A DNA stretch of 64,000 bases from an uncultured Candidatus Saccharibacteria bacterium (GCA_964646765.1 CAZYIA010000004.1:77887-141886), one strand, 5' to 3'. Numbered from the stretch's first letter, positions 26,781 to 37,001 are shown. Translations and numbers: made by a program. Notes: a model not told the origin generated them from the sequence alone.

Positions 26781-28814
26781 GTGAAGCTGTTTATCGCGGA
26801 AAAACCATCGATGGCGATGGATATCGCGCGGGCGTTGGGGAGCTTCAGGCGCGGGAACGGTTATTTCGAGACGGACAAGGGTTGCGTCACGTTCTGCATT
26901 GGTCATCTGCTCGGACAGGCGCCACCAGAGGCCTATGATGCCGGACTGGCGAAGGACAAACCGTGGACGTTCGACACGCTGCCCATAGTGCCGGCCGTCT
27001 GGCAGCACGAGGTCAACCCGAAGACCAGGGAGCAACTGGCGGTCATAGCCTCTCTGTTGAAACGCGCAACGACAGTCATCCATGCGGGGGATGCGGGCCG
27101 TGAGGGCCAGTTGATTGTCGACGAGGTGCTCCAGCATTGCGGCTTTCGTGGCCGGGTTGAACGGCTGTGGTTGCAGTCGATGACTCCTGACGCGATCCGC
27201 AAAGCGCTTGGCAAAATGAAGGACAACCGGGAGCACGCCGGTCTTTCGGCAGCGGCCACGGCCAGGGCGAGAGCCGATTGGCTGACCGGCATGAACCTCA
27301 CGCGCGCGTTCAGCATTCCCTGGAAGCGCGGCGGCAACGGCGGCGCATTGCACATCGGGCGGGTGAAAACGCCAACGCTGTGTTTCGTGGTCGAGAGGGA
27401 GATGGCAATCCGCAATTTCCAGCCGAAGGACTATTACGTGGTGCGCGCAACCGTCGCGCACCCCAACGGGACATTCGTGGCGACCTGGGAGCCCACGAAG
27501 GAGGCCGAGTTTCTCGACGCCGAGGGGCGCATCGAAAAGCGCATGGTGGCGGAAGCGATGGCCACCTGGTTTGCCGGGATGCCTGCCGAGATTCATGTGT
27601 TCGAGAAAACGGCCAAGAGCGTGCCGCCTCCCCTGCCCTTCTCGCTTGGCGATCTGCAGAAGACTGCGAACCGGCTGCTCGGTCTTTCACCGTCGGAGAC
27701 GCTGGATGTAGCGCAGGCACTCTACGAGAAACACAAGCTGACGTCGTATCCGCGCACCGATTCGAACCATCTTCCGGAGGAAGAGCACAAGCACGCGCAG
27801 ACACTCGTGGAGGCGGCACGCTCGAACTTTGGCAATGTGTGGCCCTTCAAGGGCACGCCGGACTTCTCCTTGAAGTCGCCGGCCTGGAATAGCGCGAAAA
27901 TCAGCGACCATCACGCGATCAGGCCCACGGAAACGCGTGACTACGACCTTGCGAAGCTGTCCGCAGCGGAACTGGCGGTCTACCGGCTCGTGGTCCGGAA
28001 TTTTCTTGCCCAGTTCTATCCGTATTACCGGTATGACGCGACGCGCGTCTCCGTGGACTGCAATGGCGAGAAACTGGTAGCGTCTGGACAGCAGCCGACC
28101 GATGCCGGGTGGCGCGTGCTGTTCGGCATGGACGAGGACGAAGCGCCGGCGGGAGATCCGCCATTGCCGCCCATGGCGGCGGGCGATCTGGTGGCGATCG
28201 CCGACGCGGCGGTGGACACCAGGACCACCACGCCGCCGGCCCGGTTCACCGGTGCGACGCTGATCGACGCGATGGAGCGGGCTCACCTGTTTGTCGGCGA
28301 CGCGGCGCTCAAGGCGACACTCAAGGGGGCGGGGATCGGAACCCCGGCCACGCGCGCCGCCATCGTAGACGAGCTGGTCACACAAGGCTATCTGACGAGT
28401 CAGAAGAAGCACTACCACCCCACCGACCGCGCGATGGCCTGCTACCAGGTCATCCCGCCCACGCTGCGCAAGCCGGATTCCACGGCGTTGATCGAGGACA
28501 CGCTAAGGCAGATTGAAAAAGGGGAAGCCTCGGCCGAGGCGTTCCTTGCGCAGCATGTGGCCGATATCACGGCCCTGGTCGAGACGGCGAAAACCTTGCA
28601 GCCCCCGGATTTCGGCCTTGGGGAGCGCAAGAGCCAGAGGGCAGGGAAAACGGGGCCGCCCTGCCCTGAGTGCGGCAAGCCCATGATTCAGCGTACCAGC
28701 GCGCGCGGGCCGTTCCTCGGCTGCTCCGGGTATCCGACGTGCAAGCACACGCAGAATCTGGAGCCCAGGATTGCGGGGAAAACACCACCACGACCGGGAC
28801 GGCGTGGGGCATAG
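26781..28814 (+). CDS. topB: DNA topoisomerase III
   Basis: KLFIAEKPSMA TOPRIM N-terminus. C-terminal zinc ribbons CPECGKPM...CSGYPTC. Probable GTG start. Confidence 0.9.
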   Translation: MKLFIAEKPSMAMDIARALGSFRRGNGYFETDKGCVTFCIGHLLGQAPPEAYDAGLAKDKPWTFDTLPIVPAVWQHEVNPKTREQLAVIASLLKRATTVIHAGDAGREGQLIVDEVLQHCGFRGRVERLWLQSMTPDAIRKALGKMKDNREHAGLSAAATARARADWLTGMNLTRAFSIPWKRGGNGGALHIGRVKTPTLCFVVEREMAIRNFQPKDYYVVRATVAHPNGTFVATWEPTKEAEFLDAEGRIEKRMVAEAMATWFAGMPAEIHVFEKTAKSVPPPLPFSLGDLQKTANRLLGLSPSETLDVAQALYEKHKLTSYPRTDSNHLPEEEHKHAQTLVEAARSNFGNVWPFKGTPDFSLKSPAWNSAKISDHHAIRPTETRDYDLAKLSAAELAVYRLVVRNFLAQFYPYYRYDATRVSVDCNGEKLVASGQQPTDAGWRVLFGMDEDEAPAGDPPLPPMAAGDLVAIADAAVDTRTTTPPARFTGATLIDAMERAHLFVGDAALKATLKGAGIGTPATRAAIVDELVTQGYLTSQKKHYHPTDRAMACYQVIPPTLRKPDSTALIEDTLRQIEKGEASAEAFLAQHVADITALVETAKTLQPPDFGLGERKSQRAGKTGPPCPECGKPMIQRTSARGPFLGCSGYPTCKHTQNLEPRIAGKTPPRPGRRGA

Positions 28815-28834
28815 CGCAAGTCCCGAACGCCCAG

Positions 28835-29113
28835 TCAGCGGGCGAGTTCCTGATCGATCAGGGCGCGCACCAGCTTTGCAACGGACACGCCACGCTCTAC
28901 AGCGTGGATTTTGAGACGGCGATGAACTTCGACATCAAGCTCGAGGTTGAGGCGCATGGGCTTGAGTCCTCTTCCTCGAGTAATGGTGTCGGCCAGTGCC
29001 GCGCTTTGAATGAATTCCTCGACGCGCTTGCTGTCGCCGGCCGGGCTCTCGCTCGTGACCGGCTGTGGCTTGGGGGGTAGCTTGAAACGGGTCGTCGCAT
29101 TGCTTTGGCTCAT
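28835..29113 (-). CDS. ribbon-helix-helix partition protein (ParG-like)
   Basis: 92 aa. The C-terminal RHH segment LNLELDVEVHRRLKIHAVERGVSVAKLVRALI lies next to parA. Confidence 0.55.
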   Translation of the reverse strand: MSQSNATTRFKLPPKPQPVTSESPAGDSKRVEEFIQSAALADTITRGRGLKPMRLNLELDVEVHRRLKIHAVERGVSVAKLVRALIDQELAR

Positions 29114-29119
29114 TGCCCA

Positions 29120-29176
29120 CCTCGCTTACTCAACGTAATTACTCAACACACTTACTCAACTCAGACGCGCAATGCA
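29120..29176. promoter_or_regulatory. array of TTACTCAA(C) repeats downstream of parG/parA
   Basis: ttactcaacgtaattactcaacacacttactcaactcag. Confidence 0.5.
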
Positions 29177-29177
29177 A

Positions 29178-29816
29178 TTACTCAAGATCGATAAACTCCT
29201 GCGCCAATAGCTGTATCTCCGCCTTCGCCTGGCTGTGATCCGTTTCGACCACGCCACGACCGTCCGCCATCGCCCGCTTGTAGACCTGTCGTGAACGGAT
29301 GATGGTGTTGGCAAGCTTCAATTCCGAGAAGTCCCGAAGCAGTTCCTGTGCTTCCGCCGTCTCCGAAACCAGCGGGTTGGGAGACGCCATCGACAGCACG
29401 GCATAGGCTTGCATGTCGGGGTTGTAGACCTTGGCCGTCTTGATGATCTCGTTGACGCGCGGCATGGTTTCCAGGTCGGGCTGAGAAGCGCCGGTCGGCA
29501 CCAGAATGAGGTCGGCAACGGTTGCGGCAGAACGCATTTCGATGGAATCGCGGCCGCCGGCGTCCACGATGACGACCTGGTGTTTGAGGTCCAGGTCCCG
29601 CAGCGTGTGCGCGACGTTCCCGGTGCGCTGGATGCAATGGATCCGCGGCGTAATGCCGGCCTCGTCGCGCCGGTCGACAAACTGGATGCAGGTGCGCTGC
29701 GTGTCGGTGTCGACAAGCACCAGATCTACGCCGTTCACCGCAAGGTACACCGCGAGGTTCAGGGCAATCGTCGACTTCCCTACCCCGCCCTTCTCCGCCT
29801 CGACAACCAGGATCAT
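29178..29816 (-). CDS. parA: ParA/Soj-family partition ATPase
   Basis: Deviant Walker A KGGVGKST. Confidence 0.9.
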   Translation of the reverse strand: MILVVEAEKGGVGKSTIALNLAVYLAVNGVDLVLVDTDTQRTCIQFVDRRDEAGITPRIHCIQRTGNVAHTLRDLDLKHQVVIVDAGGRDSIEMRSAATVADLILVPTGASQPDLETMPRVNEIIKTAKVYNPDMQAYAVLSMASPNPLVSETAEAQELLRDFSELKLANTIIRSRQVYKRAMADGRGVVETDHSQAKAEIQLLAQEFIDLE

Positions 29817-29829
29817 TTGCCGCTCCTTG

Positions 29830-30240
29830 GTGTAAGCACTCAACTCAACTGAGTAAATGATACGCGCAAATGCGCAGATACACCACTCAAGTGAGTGGCG
29901 GAATTGTGTTGAGTAAACGGGTGCGACATGCCGGTGGCGCGGCCGAGCGTTTCCTGCCGTCAAAGCGTTACCGGAAACGACGGGGGCGAGCCTGGGTGGC
30001 GGGGCCACCACGTTCGTGCCTGCGCCACTGGAGTAAATGAAGCACACAAAAGCGTTGCGTAAATGCGCCATGGCGGAGGGGGGCGGCGTGGGGGAGAGCG
30101 CATGCACCGTGCGCGCGGCACGAAAACATTCCCAAAGGAGGGGCAGTGGGAGCCGCGACGCGGGTGGGGGCCGGCACCGGAGTAATCACGTTACTCAGTT
30201 GAGTTGAGTAAGTGTGTTGAGTAACTGCGTGGGGCGGGCT
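29830..30240. promoter_or_regulatory. centromere/operator-like region upstream of parA: multiple TTGAGTAA / ACTCAA repeats, GTTACCGGAAACG, GAGTAAATGAAGCAC and GCACGAAARCATTCCC direct repeats
   Basis: Repeats read directly. Partially duplicated at 31550-31650. Confidence 0.5.
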
Positions 30241-30634
30241 AGACGCATCCAGGCGCGTCTGCCGTATGGGTCGCACGAAAGCATTCCCGAAAAAGGGAAC
30301 GGTCGCCCAGCGGCTTCGGCATGGAACGGCGGACCAGCACAGGATGCGTGCTGAGAATAAATTCGTAAACACACTAGTGCCGGATGCCTTGAACCCGGAG
30401 CGTCGAAATTGGCCCTGAAGGTCCCGCGATCAGGGCCTGTCCGTAACTGCCATGTCGCACTCGTTCCGCGCCAGGGGCAAGTTCAATGAGAGGACGGCGC
30501 GTCATGTCATATCACATCATGCGCCCCCAAAGCAGATCAGCCCATCCCATCAAAACTTATAGCGTATCGGGTGATATGGTGCTGCTGCGCGTCCGGCCGC
30601 GAGCCGGTACCGGAAAACGGGAAAGGAGGGGCTC

Positions 30635-30889
30635 ATGGACAACAAGACGGTCGCAGCGAAAGAGGCCAGCGTGGATAGCGAGACTTTCAACTGGGGACAT
30701 CCGCGTGTTCCCTGGACGTTCAATTTGCGGCTTTCCGAGCCGCATCAGCGGAAACTCGAATTCATCCTCGCGCATCGGCGCGAGAAAAGCATGCACCAGA
30801 TGCTTGCGTCCTTGATCGAGGCGTTCATCGACACGGAAGTGGACAAGCTGCTTCAAGCGGGGGAGCGCCCGCACTCGGCGCGGAGCTGA
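30635..30889 (+). CDS. ribbon-helix-helix DNA-binding protein
   Basis: Beta-strand FNLRLSEPHQRKLEFI followed by helices. GGAGGGG RBS. Confidence 0.55.
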   Translation: MDNKTVAAKEASVDSETFNWGHPRVPWTFNLRLSEPHQRKLEFILAHRREKSMHQMLASLIEAFIDTEVDKLLQAGERPHSARS

Positions 30890-30895
30890 GGCCCT

Positions 30896-31142
30896 GCGCC
30901 GGACGGGCATACCGCTCGCGGGATACGGCTAGGCGGCTTCGCCGCCTCCCCCTCGGGGACTCGGGGTCGCCTACCGCTCGCCCCGGCGCCTGCGGCGCCG
31001 GGCTCCGGCCTGCGGCCTCCGGGCACATGCCCGCCGGAGACGCCCGGCCCCGGCTGCGCCGGGGTGCCCGCCACCCTGTCGGGCTGGCGGCCGGGCTGCG
31101 CACGTTGGCGGCGAAGGCCCAAAGGGGTCTTCAAAAACAGGG
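30896..31142 (-). repeat. GC-rich multi-hairpin repeat, copy 2 (inverted relative to copies 1 and 3)
   Basis: Reverse complement matches copy 3 including its 5' extension cctgtttttgaagacccctttgggcc. Confidence 0.85.
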
Positions 31143-31922
31143 GCACAGCGGCGCAGCCGCGGCACTCTCGGGCCGTCAGGACTCAGGGATATCCCCCATT
31201 CCCAGGACGCTCTTTGGGGCAGGGTTGTCCGGCTGCCAGGCTGTCCGGAGGCCGGGATTGTCGCCATGGAACAGGACAATCCACGGAATCCAGAGCGGGG
31301 CGATGGGTAACCGATCACAGTCCGCGTGTCGTCTTTACGGACAGATGTTCCTTGAACACGAACAGTAAACCTGCGGCGGGTACACGAGCGGCCCGCAGGC
31401 GATCTGAGCGACCGGCGCTTTCCCTGCGCCGGATCGGCGAGCTGGTATCGCGGGAGCCCTCAAACTGCGGACACGCTGCGTGCAGGCGGGCCAGGCGGGA
31501 AGGGCAGGGGGTGTCCTAATCCGCAGGAGCTTCCAGGGATGCTCGCGCTAACATTGAGTAAATGAAGCACTCAAATGCGCCACATGGATGAGTGCATGGT
31601 AATCCGTGCGGCCAGTACGACATCGTTACCGGAAACGGGAAGGCCGGGGATAGGGCAGGGCGATCCAAGAAGCCGGTGGCTCAGAAAGCAGGGCTCATCG
31701 GGGGCGGTATGGGGAAAGCTGGATATGGGTGGGGCGGCCAGGGGAGCAGGGCAAGCCCGAATCCGGGAAAAACATGCCGCTCTGTGCCTGCCTCGGTGAG
31801 TATGGGGCTGCCGCCGAAGAGAAGAACGGGAAGACCTTTGCGGAAGGGACTTCCCGGAGAGTCCGGGCAAAACTCGGGAGTGGGGCGCCTGGGAGGGTAT
31901 GGGGCAGGCCCGGGAAGCCAGT

Positions 31923-32711
31923 TCAAGGGCCGACGTAGTTGCCGTCCTCGTCGACATAGCTGTCCGGCAACGCTTCGCCAGGGGTGTTGTCCTCGGGGGG
32001 CAGCTCGAACAGGTCGATGTAGTCGGCGGGGTCGGGGAGGGCGGCACGGGCGGCTTCTTCGGCCGCCTGCCGCGCTTTGGCGGCTTTTTGCTGCCGCCAA
32101 AGCTCCATCCGCGCGCGATGGCGCTCGTTGATCCGGTACTGCTCGACCTGAAAGTCGGCGGTGTATTCCGCGTGCGTTTGCCGGGCGGTCGTCATGGAGA
32201 TCTGGATCGCCTGCGAGAAGCGGCCGACGAGCTTGCGCAGGCGCTTGCGGCGGTCGAGGAGGTCCTGCAGGCGGATAACCAGATACCGGACATCCGCCTC
32301 CGTGCCCCGGAACGGCCCATAACTCTTGATGTGCCGTCTTGCCTGACCCGTCGCCACGATGTCGTAGTACCGGATCTCGCGGGTCTTGCGGGTGGCGGCC
32401 GTTCGTTTCCAGGCGATGAACGTCGGCTCCGGCAGTCCACCGCCGTAGTGTGCGATGAAACGCACTTCCAGTTTGCCGGGAGCGTACGGCTGGATGCTGC
32501 GCAACAGCAGCGCTTGCTTGTGAATCAGGGCGTCCAGGCTTTCGATCATGCGGATGGCTTCCTGGATCGGCCCGAGGAAACGGGCGGCAATGGCGTCCGC
32601 CGGCACGGCCTGGTTCGCAGGTGCGGAGGGGGAGGGGGGTGTTGTTTTCATGGCGGCACGAAATGGAGCACGATTACCTGATGGCATGATTGAAGCCATG
32701 CGGCACGACAT
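31923..32711 (-). CDS. conserved mobile-element protein of unknown function
   Basis: 262-aa ORF. Start uncertain (32711 or 32651). Confidence 0.5.
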   Translation of the reverse strand: MSCRMASIMPSGNRAPFRAAMKTTPPSPSAPANQAVPADAIAARFLGPIQEAIRMIESLDALIHKQALLLRSIQPYAPGKLEVRFIAHYGGGLPEPTFIAWKRTAATRKTREIRYYDIVATGQARRHIKSYGPFRGTEADVRYLVIRLQDLLDRRKRLRKLVGRFSQAIQISMTTARQTHAEYTADFQVEQYRINERHRARMELWRQQKAAKARQAAEEAARAALPDPADYIDLFELPPEDNTPGEALPDSYVDEDGNYVGP

Positions 32712-33168
32712 GAGACGGGGGTGAATGATATGAAATCAGTTGATTAGAGTGATATGACATGACATCGTGTTCTCTACTAGTTGTTTCCTGTTTTGCCGTT
32801 GCGCCTCGCCTGCCCTTTAAGCAACTCGCCCGCATTCGGGCAATTTCGACCAAGCCGGCGGCTTGGTGCGTTGCCGGCATAAAGAAGGGCGCCCGTAAAA
32901 CGGCCGCCCTTCGCAGTGTTCTCGGCCAGATGTGACAAGACGCTTGGATCGGTCCCGTCACCATGGCCCCCATGTCAGCCCGCTTCGATGTGTTTCGTGC
33001 CGGCAGGTAATCGAATCGTGCCGGCAGGGTATCGATAGCGTGCCAGCAGGTTTGCGTGTCTGCCCAGCAGCCGAGCGTTCCCGTCGATTCTAGCGGGGCG
33101 CCGCTATAACTTTTGCGCGCCGCCCGGCACACCGGTTTAATCCGGTCATTGGATTCGTGGAGATTGCA

Positions 33169-34185
33169 ATGCACACGGTAGTCGGCTTTGACATTGGGCA
33201 CTCATCGATCAAGATCGAGGCGGCGGCGGCGAACAAGAAGCGGGTGAGCCTGCTTATTCCCTCGCACGCCTGTCCGGCGGTGCCGGTCGACGCCGTTGCT
33301 GGCCTGGACCAAGTGCGCCGAGAAACGGTTGCCGTGGACGGCCAGGACTGGTTTTTCGGCAATACCGCCTTGTGGCAGGGGCGTCATTTGCCGACCGGCC
33401 TGTCAGACGACTGGATCCAGACGCCCGAGCATACAGCGCTTTTCCTCGGCGGCTTGAAGGCGCTCAGGGATGCGGGCCTTCCTGGCGTCGATGATGCGAC
33501 GATCGTTCTGGGGCTTCCTGGTCGTACGTTCAGCACGCAGCGGCACACGCTCTTGACCCTGCTTTCCCAGTACGCGCCCGGCGCGAAGATCCATATCGTC
33601 CCTCAGCCCGCGGGGCCGTTTTATCAAGCGATGTTCACCGAGGATGGGCAGGAGAACTCGCAGCACACGATCGAGGACGAGGCCTGGGCGATCGTCGAGG
33701 TGGGGCACTTCACGACCGATACCGCACTGTTCCGGCATGGACAGTTCATCTCGTGGGCCATGGGGTCTGCGAATGGCGTGCGGGTCGCGGCCCAGGAGTT
33801 GCAGCGTATCGTTGCGGCGGCCCATGGCGTGCAAATCGACCTGGTGGAGGCGACCGAGTCGCTGCAGACCAGGCGTATCGCAAACTTCGGTAATGTCATC
33901 GCCCTGGACGCCGAAGTCTCTGAAGCTGGCCGCATCATTGCCGATCAGGTGATCCGGCACGCCGATCAGTTGCTGGCAGACGAGGCGCGCAAACTGACCG
34001 GCGTTATCCTGGCCGGCGGCGGGGCGCCGCTCGTGTATCCGATGCTTAAAGACCACTGGCCTTCCACGGTCATGCCCCACAATCCGCGTTTTTCCGTGGC
34101 TGACGGGTACTACCGGTATGGGCGTGGCCTGGCCCTGTTGCGCGAGCAATCTGAAGCGAAAGACCTCAAGCGCAAAGTCGCGTAA
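33169..34185 (+). CDS. actin-like ATPase, ParM/StbA-family plasmid segregation protein
   Basis: N-terminal VVGFDIGHSSIK phosphate-1 motif. DAEV / ILAGGGA adenosine motif. Confidence 0.7.
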   Translation: MHTVVGFDIGHSSIKIEAAAANKKRVSLLIPSHACPAVPVDAVAGLDQVRRETVAVDGQDWFFGNTALWQGRHLPTGLSDDWIQTPEHTALFLGGLKALRDAGLPGVDDATIVLGLPGRTFSTQRHTLLTLLSQYAPGAKIHIVPQPAGPFYQAMFTEDGQENSQHTIEDEAWAIVEVGHFTTDTALFRHGQFISWAMGSANGVRVAAQELQRIVAAAHGVQIDLVEATESLQTRRIANFGNVIALDAEVSEAGRIIADQVIRHADQLLADEARKLTGVILAGGGAPLVYPMLKDHWPSTVMPHNPRFSVADGYYRYGRGLALLREQSEAKDLKRKVA

Positions 34186-34189
34186 TCGC

Positions 34190-34489
34190 ATGGGGCGCCA
34201 CAAAAGCCCGTTCGGCCCGGTGCGCAAGCTGTACTTGCGCTATCGTGTGGATGACCCGCGTTACCAAGCGCTTCATGCGAGAATTCAGGAGATACCGGAG
34301 GGGGAGCGCAATGTCGCGCTACTCGACATTCTGGGTGCCGGATTGGCCACCCACGCCGGTGTGTCCGCCCAAAAACACAAGCTGACACCCCCCCCAACCG
34401 GCAATTCGGCGCCGTCCGTGCTGCCCGCCGCGCCCGCGCCCGCGTTTGGGCGTGGGGCGCTGAAAGTGCTTAGCGAGAACTGGGATTAA
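34190..34489 (+). CDS. small hypothetical protein downstream of parM-like gene
   Basis: Start MGRHKS immediately follows the parM-like stop. Confidence 0.4.
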   Translation: MGRHKSPFGPVRKLYLRYRVDDPRYQALHARIQEIPEGERNVALLDILGAGLATHAGVSAQKHKLTPPPTGNSAPSVLPAAPAPAFGRGALKVLSENWD

Positions 34490-34504
34490 CCGGAGCCGTA
34501 GACA

Positions 34505-35560
34505 ATGAAAACGCCATCCTTCCTGAAGCGCCTGTTGTCGCGTTCCACGCAAGAGAATGATCTGAAGGAGATCGATGCATCGATTCTCGATGACCCCTCC
34601 TTGTCGCCGACCGACAAGCTGACCGTGGCTTTCCTGCAGTTTCACCGTTCAAGCATGCGCGAGCGTCATGAGGACATTGCCTGGAAGCGCCGGCGGAACA
34701 TCGCACTTATCGTTTTTGCGCTCGCCGGGACGGTTGTGAGTGTCGTCTACAACGCGGACCGCATCACCAAAAGCGTCGTGCCCTACGATCACGTTGCGGT
34801 CGTCAACATTGCGGGGGCAATTGGTGACACGGCCACTGCCAAGCATGGGCCGATCAATGCCGCCCTCAAGGCGGCCTTCGAGAACCCGAGGGTGAAGCGC
34901 ATCATCCTTCGCATCAATTCGCCCGGCGGGATGCCGAACGAATCGGAGGCCATCATCAACGAAATGGGCCGCCTGAAAGCCAAGCACAACAAGCCGGTCG
35001 ACGCAGTCATCGAGAACGTCGGCGCCAGTGCAGCCTATATGATCGCGGTCCATGCAGACACGGTGTATGCCGGCAGGTATTCGCTGGTAGGGTCGGTCGG
35101 GGCCATCATCGACAGCTGGAACTTCGCGAAAATCGCGGACAAGGTCGAGGCGCAACGCATGACTTTCGTGTCAGGCAAATTCAAGGATCTGCTCAACCCG
35201 TACCGGGCTATCCGCGAGGAGGAGCGCGCGAAAGTGCAGTCGATGGTCGATAGTCTGGGGGCTGTGTTTGCCGGTGAGGTGCTTGCCCGGCGACAGGGCA
35301 AGCTCAAGCTGACCCAGCAGGAGCTGGCCACCGGCGAAGTGTGGGCGGGCGCCGATGCAGTCAAACTGGGCTTGGTGGACAAGATCGGCACGGTCGCCGA
35401 TGTCGCCCATGAGCATGGACTGGAGGCGAAAGACATGGGGCCTGCGGAAGAGCGAGGGTTCTTCGTGCCGTTCACCTCGTCGATGCTGGAAAATATGGGC
35501 GCGTCCTTGAGTCGGGGGGCGCTCTCCGTGTTGCCGAGTCCAACCGGCATCGCGCAGTAA
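34505..35560 (+). CDS. S49-family peptidase (SppA-like, ClpP/crotonase fold) with N-terminal TM
   Basis: INSPGG...SAAY motif typical of SppA. Confidence 0.75.
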   Translation: MKTPSFLKRLLSRSTQENDLKEIDASILDDPSLSPTDKLTVAFLQFHRSSMRERHEDIAWKRRRNIALIVFALAGTVVSVVYNADRITKSVVPYDHVAVVNIAGAIGDTATAKHGPINAALKAAFENPRVKRIILRINSPGGMPNESEAIINEMGRLKAKHNKPVDAVIENVGASAAYMIAVHADTVYAGRYSLVGSVGAIIDSWNFAKIADKVEAQRMTFVSGKFKDLLNPYRAIREEERAKVQSMVDSLGAVFAGEVLARRQGKLKLTQQELATGEVWAGADAVKLGLVDKIGTVADVAHEHGLEAKDMGPAEERGFFVPFTSSMLENMGASLSRGALSVLPSPTGIAQ

Positions 35561-35664
35561 TTACGCAAACGAATCAAATACTTATAATTTTTCGGGGCGC
35601 GCCCTCAAAAAACCGGTTTCAAGGTATAAAATAGTTACGAGTGTGCACAAATTGACTCGTAAGC

Positions 35665-36201
35665 ATGGAACGACGCGGCCCGGGGCGTAAACCTCGTGAC
35701 GATATCATCGAAAGGGAGATCCGCCGCCGGCAAATCGCCGGCGAGCCGATTTCCTACGGGGCTATTCGAGGGACGGTTGGAGGCAGCCCGGCAACCATCA
35801 AACGCGTGCTGCAGCGCCTTGGGTTGCTTACCGACCCGCGCGCCGACGCAGAGAAGGAGTGGCGCGCGCAGGAACGCTTGCGTGACGCCGGGGCAAAGCT
35901 GGCCGAGGCGGAAGCCTTGGTACAAGGCGCCAGGGAAGCCAGTGCCGCCATGGCGCGGGAGATCACCGGCACCCTCGGCATGGTTCGCGACGCGCATGGT
36001 ATTCTGATTCGTGAGGTCGAGGCCTTGCGCCGGACGATGGTTGAGGTGAAACGTGAACTGGCCGCGCATCGTCCGGCGCAGGTTGGCGACCCAATCCTGG
36101 AAGCAAAGCTGCGACAGGCCCATTCCGAAAACGGCCGTATGGCGCAAACGATCGAGCAGTTGAAGCGTCGGCTGTACGATGCGGGGGTGGAGGACGTTTG
36201 A
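35665..36201 (+). CDS. DNA-binding coiled-coil protein (KfrA-N-like)
   Basis: N-terminal basic HTH-like region followed by an Ala/Glu/Arg coiled coil. Confidence 0.5.
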   Translation: MERRGPGRKPRDDIIEREIRRRQIAGEPISYGAIRGTVGGSPATIKRVLQRLGLLTDPRADAEKEWRAQERLRDAGAKLAEAEALVQGAREASAAMAREITGTLGMVRDAHGILIREVEALRRTMVEVKRELAAHRPAQVGDPILEAKLRQAHSENGRMAQTIEQLKRRLYDAGVEDV

Positions 36202-36878
36202 ACATCATCGAAAACTTGCCTGACGATGTGCTTGAATTGCTCGACGAACTTGGGTTTGCCCTTGGTTCGGCGGGCGTCGAAATAGTGGAGTTCGACCTCG
36301 CTGGCGAGTGCTACGTCCATCACACCCAGAAGCCGATTGCGCTGACCGCCTACGCCCAGGTATCGCTACCATTCGCGCGTGGCCGCTTCCCGGACTTCTC
36401 CTTTCTCGACCTGATCCGGAAGCGGCCCTCAATGGACGAGCGCGAGGCCGCTGCGTTCGCGGCGGTTTGTGGCGTTGAAGTCGCTCCGCCCTTCTGGGGC
36501 AACGTCAAACCATTCGCTGCCCATCTTTGGAATGTCATCGACAAGTATGAGTTGGGCGCTTTTTTTGTGCGCACGGAGCGTAGCTACGGGGAGGGCGATC
36601 ACCAGCGCATGCGACCGCGCGGGTTTGATTGGAACGATCCGGAGCAACCGGAAATCCCTGGCGCCCTTGCGCAGTGGCGCAAAGATTTTCGCGCGCTTTC
36701 GCCGGCGCGGCAGCTTATGGTGGCGACCGTTCTGCAGCTCTACATGCAGAAAGACGACAAATACTGGATGGTCCGTGTGCCCAAAAAATGGCACGCCGCC
36801 GAAGGCGTTGAGATCCTGCGTGACGCAGGATATCTAAAGGATTGGTCGAGGTTGGTTGCCCTTTACCCCGGGTGGTGA
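36198..36878 (+). CDS. hypothetical protein
   Basis: TTG start coupled to the upstream stop. 226 aa. Confidence 0.55.
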   Translation: MNIIENLPDDVLELLDELGFALGSAGVEIVEFDLAGECYVHHTQKPIALTAYAQVSLPFARGRFPDFSFLDLIRKRPSMDEREAAAFAAVCGVEVAPPFWGNVKPFAAHLWNVIDKYELGAFFVRTERSYGEGDHQRMRPRGFDWNDPEQPEIPGALAQWRKDFRALSPARQLMVATVLQLYMQKDDKYWMVRVPKKWHAAEGVEILRDAGYLKDWSRLVALYPGW

Positions 36879-37001
36879 TCGATCGTACCGCTTCCACGGG
36901 GAACCTTGTGGGCGAGGGCGCTCTCGTGGCGTAAAAAACCCCGTCGGACAAGTCCGGCGGGGTTGGGGTTGCGCTTGTCGAGTGCGGTTGCCTGCGCAAA
37001 T

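Noticed and set aside
26290-27596. Long ORFs through the GC-rich repeat copy 1 (e.g. 26290..26784+, 26447..26938+, 26481..27596-)
   Set aside because: They are Arg/Pro/Gly-rich in every frame and overlap topB on the opposite strand. The same sequence recurs in non-coding contexts at 30896-31142 and 57352-57603. This is a compositional artefact of ~78% GC DNA.
30825-32131. ORFs 30825..31103-, 30853..31146-, 31027..31368+, 31592..32131+ and others in the 31.1-31.9 kb tract
   Set aside because: They are mutually overlapping and low-complexity, with no RBS. The region is better explained as repeat copy 2 plus a gene-free repeat-containing tract.
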